From: an uncultured Pseudomonadota bacterium
GTDB lineage: Bacteria > Myxococcota_A > UBA796 > SXON01
Direction of reading: 5' to 3'
DNA length: 64,000 bases
Assembly: GCA_903885375.1 (NCBI GenBank)
Contig: CAISIK010000064.1
Coordinates: 456 to 64,455 of the forward strand
The notes under the pieces are model-generated. The model was not told the origin of the DNA. It did not search any database and saw only the letters and a list, made by a program, of their open reading frames with translations. This document shows positions 1 through 9,796 of this stretch, piece after piece. The translations under genes and the position numbers were made by a program. Each line of letters opens with the position of its first letter. Position 1 is the first letter of the stretch.

Positions 1-138
1 CGGCGCGCAGGCGCAGGTGCGCGTTGGGCGTCACCAGCTCGTTGGCATCGTCATCGAAGAGCGACCAGACGGTGAACCCCGCGGGGGCGGGGAGGCGTTC
101 CCTCAGCCGCCACCGACCGATCGAGGCGCCGGCCTCGC

Positions 139-981
139 TCACTCGGCGGCGAGGTGCGGGTCGATCCACCCGACGAGGCTGTCGCTCAGCAGCTTTGGCG
201 CCACGGTGATCGACTCGGCGTGGTCGGCGCCTTCGATGAGCTGGAGCTCCTTCTCGGTGGCTCCGGCGGCCGCGTACACGAGCTGCGCGTGCTCGGGCTG
301 GATGTAGGTGTCATGGTCGCCGTGGAGCACGAGCAGCGGGATGTCGGCGGGCATGTCGCGGAGCACGCCGAGGTTGTCGAAGTTCTCCTCGAAGAACCAG
401 CCCGAGGGCAGGTCGAGCGTGGTGCCGTCGTCGAGCATCTTCTGGGTGTTGGCGAACATGTCCATGGTGACGAGCACGCCGGGGGGCGTGTCCTGGAGGT
501 TGTGCACCGACACGAACCCGCCCAGCGAGAGGCCGATGAACACGAGCTCGTCCGGCGCGCGGCCGGACACCTCGCTTGCGTAGTCGATCGCCACCCGGCC
601 GTCGGCGATCACCCCGTCGAAGCTCGGCTCGCCCCACGAACGACCGTAGCCGCGGTAGTCGAACTGGAGCACCTCGTAGCCGGCCGACCACAGGAACTCG
701 GAGTATTCCCAGTAGCTGTCGATGTTGTCGGCGTTGCCGTGGAAGAAGATGACCGGCTGGGCCGCTTCGTTGAGCTCGCCCGGCTCGCACTCGGCGGTGG
801 GCTCGGCCGGCCGGTGGGCCCAGGCGCCATAGAGCGTGCCCTCTTCACCTTCGAAGGTGACCAGCTGCTGGCAGGAGGCCGGGATCACGTCGCCGCCGAG
901 CTCGTAGGCGTCGACCACCTCGGGGTTGAAGAAGAAGCCATCGAGGCGGTAGCAGCCTGCGAGGAGGAGGACAAAGCTCAC
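139..981 (-). CDS. alpha/beta-hydrolase fold lipoprotein (esterase/peptidase-like)
   Basis: 280-aa ORF. Lipobox LLLAGC at the N-terminus. Nucleophile elbow GLSLGG (GxSxG), then LHGDHD and GADHAE motifs. The GTG start overlaps the upstream stop (GTGA at 978-981). Confidence 0.8.
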   Translation of the reverse strand: MSFVLLLAGCYRLDGFFFNPEVVDAYELGGDVIPASCQQLVTFEGEEGTLYGAWAHRPAEPTAECEPGELNEAAQPVIFFHGNADNIDSYWEYSEFLWSAGYEVLQFDYRGYGRSWGEPSFDGVIADGRVAIDYASEVSGRAPDELVFIGLSLGGFVSVHNLQDTPPGVLVTMDMFANTQKMLDDGTTLDLPSGWFFEENFDNLGVLRDMPADIPLLVLHGDHDTYIQPEHAQLVYAAAGATEKELQLIEGADHAESITVAPKLLSDSLVGWIDPHLAAE

Positions 982-1646
982 TGGGCACCCCCGAAGCGGA
1001 ATCCGTAGCCGAACTGCAGGGAGACCGCGCCCATCTGGCTGGGCGCGGCGAACTCGGGAACGACGGGCTCGCCATCATCCCAGGGGTTGAGCCACTTCAG
1101 TTCGAGGTCGAGGTGGCTGCGGCCGAAGCCGAACCGGTTGCCGAGCACCACGCCGCCCACGGCCGCGAGCGGGTCGGCGGCCTCGCAGAAGGCCGTGAAG
1201 CCGGTGTACACGGTGTGCTGGCCCGCCTTGCCATAGTCCCAACCCGCGAGGGCCGTGGGCTGGAAGAAGAAGCGGAAGCCGCCCTTGGGGGCGGTGTCGG
1301 GGTCGACATCGCCGGCGGCGCCGAGCAGCGTGAGATCGGCTGAGAGACGCGGACGGGCCCCTTTGGGGGCGAGGAACTGCTGCGACACGCCCACCTCGCC
1401 AGCGCCGATTCCGAACATCGCTGCGGCGGTGGGGTGGACAGCCGCGTGAACGTCGGTGGTGTCGGTTGCGCCGACCGTGGCCCCCACCGTGGTGAGCGGC
1501 AACGGGATCGGCAGGCCGAAGACCTCGGTGATTGGCCCGCCGAGCGAGGCGTCGACGGACACCGCGCCCTTCCCGATGGGCCGGATGCCGTGAGCCGTGG
1601 AACAGCCACCGGCGAGGAGGAGGAGAGGGAGAAGCAGGCGCAACAT
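978..1646 (-). CDS. hypothetical lipoprotein
   Basis: ORF 978-1739 trimmed to the in-frame ATG at 1646, which gives the signal MLRLLLPLLLLAGGC. Gly/Ala-rich and beta-type. No family recognised. Confidence 0.6.
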   Translation of the reverse strand: MLRLLLPLLLLAGGCSTAHGIRPIGKGAVSVDASLGGPITEVFGLPIPLPLTTVGATVGATDTTDVHAAVHPTAAAMFGIGAGEVGVSQQFLAPKGARPRLSADLTLLGAAGDVDPDTAPKGGFRFFFQPTALAGWDYGKAGQHTVYTGFTAFCEAADPLAAVGGVVLGNRFGFGRSHLDLELKWLNPWDDGEPVVPEFAAPSQMGAVSLQFGYGFRFGGAQ

Positions 1647-1687
1647 GCGACTCGCTAACCCGTCGGCGCGGGGCAACCGGCTACGCT

Positions 1688-2248
1688 GTGGAGGTGCTCG
1701 CCTGGCTGTTGTGCACCACGATCCGCATGCTCGCTGCAACGTGGCGGGTGCGTCGGCCTCCTTGGCCGGTGCGCGGCGCGTGCGTGGTGGCCCTCTGGCA
1801 TGGGGATCAACTCCCGATGATCGTGCTGCACCGCCACATGGGGATGGTGGCGATGGCGAGCCAGTCGCGGGATGGCGAGATCGTGGCCGGGGTGCTCCGC
1901 CGCTTCGGCTACGCCGTGGTGCGTGGGTCCTCCTCGCGGGGCGGGCAGGAGGCGCTGATGGGCTGCCTGCTGGCGCTCCGGGAGGGCGGGCGCCCGGCGC
2001 TCGCGGTGGATGGTCCGCGCGGGCCGGCAGGGAGCGTGAAGCCCGGGGCGGAGCGGCTGGCCGTCTCCGAAGGACTGCCGGTCGTGTACGGGCGGGTGCG
2101 GGCGCGGGGTTGGCGGGTCCGGAGCTGGGACCGCTTCCTCGTCCCCTGGCCCTTCACGCGTGTGGAGATCGAGTACGGCGTGTGGCAGCCGGGCGAAGGC
2201 ACCCTCGCGGCGGCGATGGCAACGCTTGCGCCGCTGGATGGGCGCTGA
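1688..2248 (+). CDS. DUF374-type lysophospholipid acyltransferase-like protein
   Basis: Motifs LWHGDQLPM, SQSRDGEIVAGVLRRFGYAVVRGSSSRGG, DGPRGP and SWDRFLVPWPF match my memory of DUF374 proteins. Start placed at in-frame GTG 1688; uncertain. Confidence 0.8.
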   Translation: MEVLAWLLCTTIRMLAATWRVRRPPWPVRGACVVALWHGDQLPMIVLHRHMGMVAMASQSRDGEIVAGVLRRFGYAVVRGSSSRGGQEALMGCLLALREGGRPALAVDGPRGPAGSVKPGAERLAVSEGLPVVYGRVRARGWRVRSWDRFLVPWPFTRVEIEYGVWQPGEGTLAAAMATLAPLDGR

Positions 2249-2252
2249 GCGC

Positions 2253-2555
2253 TCAGCCGTCCCAGCGCAGGCGCACGCGGAAGTGGGCCTGATCGGGCTG
2301 ACGGGCGAGGGCCACGGTGGCGTTGGCATCCACCCGAACGCCGAACTCCACCTCCATCGAGACCGGCGCGGGCGTGCCGCGGAGGGAGAGGCCGGCCCCG
2401 AGCGTCTCGGCGGCGGTCTGCACGATGGTGACGACGCTCTCCAGCACCTCGTCGGGGTGGGCGTTGGAGCCGGCGGCGTTCTTGTCGACCCCGCCCGCGT
2501 TTTCACAGTCGATGAGCAGTAGGAGCCCACCCTTCAGCCTCGACTCCAACAGCAT
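2253..2555 (-). CDS. small CU044_2847 / Trypco1-like protein (100 aa)
   Basis: Tail of track ORF 2253-4646, taken from ATG 2555. The C-terminus EVEFGVRVDANATVALARQPDQAHFRVRLRWDG resembles, from memory, the conserved end of CU044_2847 / trypsin-co-occurring-domain proteins. Confidence 0.5.
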   Translation of the reverse strand: MLLESRLKGGLLLLIDCENAGGVDKNAAGSNAHPDEVLESVVTIVQTAAETLGAGLSLRGTPAPVSMEVEFGVRVDANATVALARQPDQAHFRVRLRWDG

Positions 2556-2591
2556 GCCGCACCCGCCTGGCGTGCTACATAGCGGCCCGTC

Positions 2592-3389
2592 ATGGTCCAC
2601 GCACCCCCCTCCGACACCCCCTGGTGGGCCCTTCGTTACGAGGAGCTCGCGGGCGTCGATCCCGCGCTGCTCGGCGTGAGCGACCACGATGCCGAGGCCG
2701 AGTTCGTGGAGCGCCTCGCGGGTTTCGGCGCCGGCGCGCGCCTGCTTGATGTGGGCTGTGGCCTCGGGCGGCAGGCGGGCGCGCTCAGCCAGCGCGGGCA
2801 CAACGTGAGCGGGGTCGACCTCAGTCCGCGTGTCTTGCGCCTGGCCCGCGAGCGGTGGAACCGACTGTTTCCCGGCGAGCGCGGCCCCAACTGGATGCCG
2901 GGTGACATGCGCTGGCTCCCCAACAGCGGCGTATACGATGGCGTGCTGCTGCTGGGTGGCTCGTTCGGGCTGTTCGCGAGCGACGCCGATCATCAGGCGG
3001 TGCTCGCGGCGGCGGCGCAGCAGGTCCGGCCGGGCGGTTCGCTCGTGATGCAAACGCCCAACCCCTACTGGTGGGCGGCCAAGGCCGGCACCCAGTACGT
3101 GGCTCCGGGCTCGTGGGCAGATGGCGTCGAGGTGGTGCAGAACGTGCGCTTCGATGCGGTGGCCGGCCGGGTCGACGAGCGCACGATCTGCTTCGTCGGG
3201 GGCCGGAGGGTGGAGCCGCCGGTGCAGTCGCTCCGCGCCTTCACTCCGGCGGAGCTCGTCGCGCTGGTGCGCGGCGCAGGCTTCCGCGAGGTCGAGGTTT
3301 CGGGCACGGAGGGCTGGACGGTTCCCGAGGAGCCATTGCCGGTGGATGCCACCGAGAGTGTGTGGCTGTGGGTGAGCGCGCGGAGCTGA
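2592..3389 (+). CDS. class I SAM-dependent methyltransferase
   Basis: 265-aa ORF with motif I LLDVGCGLGR, followed by a VSGVDLS acidic loop. Confidence 0.85.
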   Translation: MVHAPPSDTPWWALRYEELAGVDPALLGVSDHDAEAEFVERLAGFGAGARLLDVGCGLGRQAGALSQRGHNVSGVDLSPRVLRLARERWNRLFPGERGPNWMPGDMRWLPNSGVYDGVLLLGGSFGLFASDADHQAVLAAAAQQVRPGGSLVMQTPNPYWWAAKAGTQYVAPGSWADGVEVVQNVRFDAVAGRVDERTICFVGGRRVEPPVQSLRAFTPAELVALVRGAGFREVEVSGTEGWTVPEEPLPVDATESVWLWVSARS

Positions 3390-3425
3390 GGGCGGGGTAG
3401 ACTGCTGCGCCTCGCGGGGATTCCC

Positions 3426-5453
3426 ATGCGCCTTGTCTCTACGTCCCTCCTGCTGGCGCTCTGCGCGTGTGATTCGAGCGTGGACTCTTCGGTGCGCGAT
3501 CCCTTCGACACCGGCTCGCCCGACACCGGAAACCCCGACACCGGCGGCGGAACCGGCGCGGATACGAACGACTCCTCGGCCGGTGGGGAGACCGGCGAGT
3601 CCGGCGGGACGGGCCACACGGGCGACAGCGGGGACACCGGCGAGGCGGGCGAGACGGGCGACACCGGCGACACCGGCGGTCCCCTGGGTCCCGGCATCAT
3701 CTTCTACATCGGCGACGGCATGGGGTTTGTGCACGTGGCCGGCGGCGGGATGTATGCCAATGGGTCGAGCGGCTCGCTCGTGATGGAAACGCTGCCGGTC
3801 CAGGGGCGCTTCCGCACTGCCTCGCTGTCGGGCGTCACCGATTCGGCGGCGGCGGGCACGGCGCTGGCCACCGGCACCAAGACCTACAACGAGCGCCTGG
3901 GCGTGGATCGGGATGCCCTCTCGGTGCCCAACCTGATCGAGCGCGCGCAGGCCGCCGGCTACGCCGTCGGCATCGTCAGCACCGACCGGCTCACGGGCGC
4001 CACGCCCTCGGCCTTCCTCGTGCACGAGGAGAACCGCAGCGACTACTCGGCGATCGCCTCGGCCTGGACCACCAACCTGCCCGACCTCTCGCTGGGCGGC
4101 GGCCTGAGCGACTTCAGCCCGCTCTTCGGGTCGATGTCCGCGCAGATCGTCACCACCCGCGGCGACATGATGCGGGCGGTCAACGACGGCCGGCCGCTCT
4201 TCGGCGCCTTCGCCAGCACCACGTTCCCCTTCGTGGTGGAGGGCTACTCGGCCGACCAGCCCACGCTGGAGGAGATGACCGAGTACGCCATCGACTACCT
4301 CGACGACGCGCCCGACGGCTTCTTCCTCGTGGTGGAGGGCGCCCGGATCGACCACGCGAGCCACTCGTCCGACGAGACCTCGGTCTACGACGAGGTGCTC
4401 AGCTTCGACGATGCCGTGGCCGTGGGCATCGACTGGGCGAGCACCAGTTCCCGCGACGTGACGATGCTCGTCACCGCCGACCATGAGTGCGGCGGTCTGG
4501 CCATCACCGGCACCACTCCGGCGGGCACCATCCCCAGCAGCACGTGGCGCTGGGGCGAGCACACCAACGCGGATGTGCCGGTGTACGCCAGCGGCAGCCT
4601 CACCACCGCGCTCGATGGCCAGCGCCTCGACCAGGTGTGGGCCCACGCGGTGATGGCCGCGGCGATCGACCAGGCGGCGTCGGTCACGAGCCCCACGGAG
4701 ACCCTGCTCGTGGATGGTTACACGGGCGACCTCGGCTCGCAGGTGACCACGCAGGCCTGGGGCACCACCTACGGCGCCGCCTACAACCAGCTCGACGGGC
4801 TGCGCCTCACCAGCGATGCCGACGGGCTCCGGGTGGGCGTGGATGGCGTCTTCGAGCGCGGCGACAACGCCGTGCTCGTGCTCGTCGACCTCGACTACGG
4901 CAGCGCCACCGGCCTCGGCGCCGACCTCACGGTGTCGGACACGCTCGACACGCTCGACTCCACGCTCACCACCGCCTCCCTGCTCGTGTCGGCCTCGGGG
5001 GTCGGGTTCGATGCCGCGTTCGGGGCGGTCGGCGCCGAGGAGATTGGCCTGGAGAAGCTGTCCAGCGAGGCGGGCCTTCGCGGTTTTGACGGCGACATCG
5101 GCGACCCGGGCAACTTCTCGTGGTTGATCGCGATCAGCAACTACGACGACGGCAACATCGCCGAGGGCGCCGCCGCCACCGATGCAGGCGCCACCGGGCT
5201 CACCGAGGGCGGGCTCGAAACCCTGCTGCCTTGGACCAGCCTCTTCCCGCTCGGCATCCCCGCGGCCGGAACGACCGTGGCCGTCTCCGTGGTGCTGGTG
5301 AACAGCGGCGGCGACTGGGCGAGCAACCAGGCGCTCCCCGGCCTCGCCAGCGCCACCGAGCCCGGCGCCGACGCGCTGGAGATCATCCAGGTGGCCACGC
5401 TCGGCATCGATGCATCCGGCCTGCCCACGGGCGCTGCGGCCCTCTCCCCCTGA
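3426..5453 (+). CDS. alkaline phosphatase lipoprotein with C-terminal extension
   Basis: Lipobox LLLALCAC. PhoA-type motifs GDGMG, TDSAAAGTALATG, ARIDHASH, TADHECGG and GEHTNADVPVYA. About 230 aa of uncharacterised sequence at the C-terminus. Confidence 0.9.
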   Translation: MRLVSTSLLLALCACDSSVDSSVRDPFDTGSPDTGNPDTGGGTGADTNDSSAGGETGESGGTGHTGDSGDTGEAGETGDTGDTGGPLGPGIIFYIGDGMGFVHVAGGGMYANGSSGSLVMETLPVQGRFRTASLSGVTDSAAAGTALATGTKTYNERLGVDRDALSVPNLIERAQAAGYAVGIVSTDRLTGATPSAFLVHEENRSDYSAIASAWTTNLPDLSLGGGLSDFSPLFGSMSAQIVTTRGDMMRAVNDGRPLFGAFASTTFPFVVEGYSADQPTLEEMTEYAIDYLDDAPDGFFLVVEGARIDHASHSSDETSVYDEVLSFDDAVAVGIDWASTSSRDVTMLVTADHECGGLAITGTTPAGTIPSSTWRWGEHTNADVPVYASGSLTTALDGQRLDQVWAHAVMAAAIDQAASVTSPTETLLVDGYTGDLGSQVTTQAWGTTYGAAYNQLDGLRLTSDADGLRVGVDGVFERGDNAVLVLVDLDYGSATGLGADLTVSDTLDTLDSTLTTASLLVSASGVGFDAAFGAVGAEEIGLEKLSSEAGLRGFDGDIGDPGNFSWLIAISNYDDGNIAEGAAATDAGATGLTEGGLETLLPWTSLFPLGIPAAGTTVAVSVVLVNSGGDWASNQALPGLASATEPGADALEIIQVATLGIDASGLPTGAAALSP

Positions 5454-5462
5454 GGGGGCGGC

Positions 5463-5921
5463 CTAGTCGAAGACGATCTCGCCGCCTGGCAGGAAGTACA
5501 GGATGAGCATGCGGCCGCCGCTGACGGTGGGGACGTGCTGACTGCCCGGCGGGTAGGCGATGAAGCGCTCGCGCTTGCCGTCGAAGCGGGGCTCGCCCGC
5601 GAGGTCGATGCAGAGCTCCACCTCGCCGCGGGGGTGCGTGTGGGCGCCCGCCGCGGGGCCATCCATGTCCACCACGTCGATGCTCAGGCCATGGCTGGCG
5701 GCATCGGCGCGGGTGAGGCGACCGAACTTCACGCCGCCGGCTTCTTTCGGCGTGAGCCACCCGGCCGCGTGGGCCGCGAGGGCAGTGGCCTCGAGGGCGG
5801 CGGTATCGAGCTGGTTCAGCGCCGCCACGAGCGTGTCGGGCGACCCGGTGCCTACGCGGGCAACCACCTCCGCAACCGGGAGGCAGTGCCGCAGCAGGTC
5901 CTCGCGCGTGACCACCATCAT
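5463..5921 (-). CDS. cupin-like protein (DUF4863-like from memory)
   Basis: 152-aa ORF with HTHPRGEVELC ... YPPGSQHVPTVSGGRMLILYFLPGG. Starts 4 nt after the actF stop on the same strand. Confidence 0.6.
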   Translation of the reverse strand: MMVVTREDLLRHCLPVAEVVARVGTGSPDTLVAALNQLDTAALEATALAAHAAGWLTPKEAGGVKFGRLTRADAASHGLSIDVVDMDGPAAGAHTHPRGEVELCIDLAGEPRFDGKRERFIAYPPGSQHVPTVSGGRMLILYFLPGGEIVFD

Positions 5922-5924
5922 CGC

Positions 5925-7271
5925 CTAGTGGGCGTGCCCGTGGCCGTGACCCTTGCCGACGTGAACGTGCACGTCGTCCGGGTGTTCGTGCATGAAGGGG
6001 TCGCTCACCACGACCGCCGGCACGCGGGCCAGGACGTTGAACACCACCGTGAGGAAGGCGGCCACGAAGCCGATGACCACACCCAGCTCGACGAGATGGA
6101 TGGGCAGGCTCGGCTTGGTCCACACCTGGGGCATGATGAGGTCGAAACGCTCGAGGAACACGCCGGTCGCGATCACCATCGACACCGCCACCAGGGAGCG
6201 GGGCGTCTTCTTGATGCCACGGCTCAGGAGCACGGTGAAGGGGATGAAGAAGCACATCGAGATGACCACCTTCGAGAGGCTGGCCCAGGGCTCGATGTAC
6301 ATGCGCAGGATCAGGTACCAGGTCTCTTCGGGCATGTTGCCGTACCAGATGGGCAGCAGGTGCGCGAAGAAGTTGTACGTCCAGAAGATGCACAGCGCGA
6401 AGATGAGCTTCCCGATGTCGTGGAAGTGCTTCGGCGTGATCAGGTGGCTGATCTTGAGCCAGTCGGCGGCAAACACGGCCACGATCACGGTCCAGTTCAG
6501 CGCCAGCCACACGTTCGAGACGAAGTGCCAAGCGGGGAACATGTTCGCGAACCAGTGCGGCGCGAGGGACATGATGTTGTCGACGGCGAAGAAGCTGAAG
6601 AACACGGCGTACAGAAGCACGATCACCGGCGCGAGGCGGATGTTCTTCTGGTAGGTGTCCTCGACCTCGGCGGCCTTGCCGCGCCAGCCGGCCGTGAAGT
6701 TCGACCAGAAGGCGGGGGTGCGGGTGCCGAGGGTCTCGGCGGCCACGCCCATGTCGGCGCGCATCGAGTTGCGGATGAACACGAAGTCGAGCACCATCAG
6801 GAGGCCGAGCATCCCGAGGTTGCGCGCCACGAAGAAGGCGGGCTGGAGCCAGACGGCCTTGTGGGGCGGCATCTCCTCGTGCATCCAGGGGAAGATCTCC
6901 AGGCCGCCGAGGGCCAGGAAGAGGATGTACAGCGCGTAGTTCACCGGCATGAAGAACCAGAACGATTCCGCGATGCGCTTGAACGGCCGGCCCCAGCGCC
7001 CGAGGGTGATGGTCTGGATGACCGTGAACATCAGGGCACCCTGGGACACGCCCATGAAGTACACGATGCAAACGAGCAGCACGCCGAGGGTACGGTTGTG
7101 TTCGGTGGAGAGGCCATAGGCGAGCGCGGCGAGGCCGATCGGCACGCCGATCATGCCGAAGGTCTTCACGCCGGCGGGCACCGTGCGCGGAGTGCCCGCG
7201 ATGGTGGCGGAGCAGTCAGGACCGGGACCGACGGTGCGTCGGGTAGCGGCGAGGACGTCGACGGTGCTCAT
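5925..7271 (-). CDS. actF: alternative complex III subunit ActF (NrfD-like membrane protein)
   Basis: 448-aa polytopic membrane ORF, last in the act gene order. ATGA overlap with actE. His-rich tail HVHVGKGHGHGHAH. Confidence 0.8.
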   Translation of the reverse strand: MSTVDVLAATRRTVGPGPDCSATIAGTPRTVPAGVKTFGMIGVPIGLAALAYGLSTEHNRTLGVLLVCIVYFMGVSQGALMFTVIQTITLGRWGRPFKRIAESFWFFMPVNYALYILFLALGGLEIFPWMHEEMPPHKAVWLQPAFFVARNLGMLGLLMVLDFVFIRNSMRADMGVAAETLGTRTPAFWSNFTAGWRGKAAEVEDTYQKNIRLAPVIVLLYAVFFSFFAVDNIMSLAPHWFANMFPAWHFVSNVWLALNWTVIVAVFAADWLKISHLITPKHFHDIGKLIFALCIFWTYNFFAHLLPIWYGNMPEETWYLILRMYIEPWASLSKVVISMCFFIPFTVLLSRGIKKTPRSLVAVSMVIATGVFLERFDLIMPQVWTKPSLPIHLVELGVVIGFVAAFLTVVFNVLARVPAVVVSDPFMHEHPDDVHVHVGKGHGHGHAH

Positions 7272-7936
7272 TTCGGCACTTCCGGGGCGGGCGGGGTGTA
7301 GGCCGCGTTGGGGAGGGTGCGCATGTAGGCGACGACGGCCCAGCGCTCGGCGTCGGTCAGGAGCGGGCCGTACGCCGGCATGCCGGCGCCGATTGCCGCT
7401 TCGACGGAGGTGCGGGTGGCCGAGGCGCCCGCGCTGCCGTTGCCGCCGTTGCGGATCGTGGCGTACAGGTAGCCGTCACTCAGCGTGCCGGTGCGGCTCG
7501 AGCTGCCGCTCAGCATCGGCGCGACCATCGGGAAGCGGCGGATGCCCTTGGCGGCGTCGTTCGTGGTGACAGGGCCATAGCCGGCGCCGTTCACGCCGTG
7601 ACAGGGCGCGCAATTCACCTGGAACATGCGCTCGCCCACCGCGAGGTGGTTTGGGTCGTTGGCGTAGGGGTTCACCAGGGCGTTGGTGGCCACCGCATCG
7701 AGGCGGTTCACTTCCGGCACCGTGGAGTTCTGGTAGTAGCCATCGGCCCGGGAGTGCGGGCGAGTGGAGGACACCCGCGCGGACACCGCGGCCGGCTGCG
7801 GCTTCATGCGCCACTCGTAGCCCTTGAACATGATGGCATCGATCATGTCGATGTCCCACGGGGAGGCCCACGCCGCGCCGGCCACGAAGACCGCGCCGAG
7901 GGTGAGCCATCGCGAACGGTTCTTCCACTCACCCAT
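7268..7936 (-). CDS. actE: alternative complex III monoheme cytochrome c subunit ActE
   Basis: 222-aa ORF with a single CAPCH heme motif and an N-terminal signal/anchor. Position matches the ACIII gene order. Confidence 0.8.
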   Translation of the reverse strand: MGEWKNRSRWLTLGAVFVAGAAWASPWDIDMIDAIMFKGYEWRMKPQPAAVSARVSSTRPHSRADGYYQNSTVPEVNRLDAVATNALVNPYANDPNHLAVGERMFQVNCAPCHGVNGAGYGPVTTNDAAKGIRRFPMVAPMLSGSSSRTGTLSDGYLYATIRNGGNGSAGASATRTSVEAAIGAGMPAYGPLLTDAERWAVVAYMRTLPNAAYTPPAPEVPK

Positions 7937-8461
7937 GGGTCACCTCGGTGGCGCCGGACGATTCGAGGATGTGAACGATCTCGTCCAGCCGGTTGCCGCT
8001 GCGCTCGAACACGATGCCGAAGCAGTCGTTCGTGAAGCGGGGGTCCTTCATCGCGGGATGCAGGTTCATGGCGGGAAGGCCGCAGAACTTGAGCAGGCCG
8101 GTGAGCGTGAACATCGAGGCCCAGAGGATGGTGCCTTCGAAGGTGACCACGAGGAACGGCGGAATGGACACCAGCGGCTTGCCACCGGGGATGATCATCG
8201 GCCAGTTGGCGTGCGTGAGCGACGCCAGGGAGAAGATCATCGTGCCGCCGAGGATGCCGCCCGCGAGGGTGAACCACCGCACGGGGCTCGGCTCACCCTT
8301 GTAGAGCATCTCGTCGATCTCGTGGCGGGGGATGGGGCTGAGGACCGTGAAGTCCTTGAGGCCGGCGTGCTGCAGGTCGTGGATGCCCTGAAGCAGGCAG
8401 TCCAGGTGCTTGTAGACGGCCTTCACCGTAGCGCCCGAGGCGCCCATGGCGTGGGAAGAGC

Positions 8462-8465
<4 letters not shown>
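7929..8465 (-). CDS. actD: alternative complex III subunit ActD (DUF3341-like)
   Basis: 178-aa ORF with two central hydrophobic helices, lying between actC and actE and overlapping both. Confidence 0.75.

Positions 8466-9795
<1,330 letters not shown>

Positions 9796-9796
<1 letters not shown>

Noticed and set aside
1-138. Possible partial gene at the left edge
   Set aside because: One minus-strand frame has coding-like third-position GC, but it meets an in-frame stop at 104-106. The only candidate start is a GTG near 34. That is too short and truncated to support.
2556-4646. Upper part of the 797-aa minus-strand ORF 2253-4646
   Set aside because: It runs antisense to a well-supported methyltransferase and alkaline phosphatase. 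The sequence is Arg/Ala/Gly/His-rich with no motifs. Only its last 100 codons (2253-2555) look like a real gene.
5383-7301. Overlapping 562-aa (-) and 588-aa (+) ORFs across actF
   Set aside because: Arg/His/Gly-rich, no motifs. The actF frame gives a coherent polytopic membrane protein.
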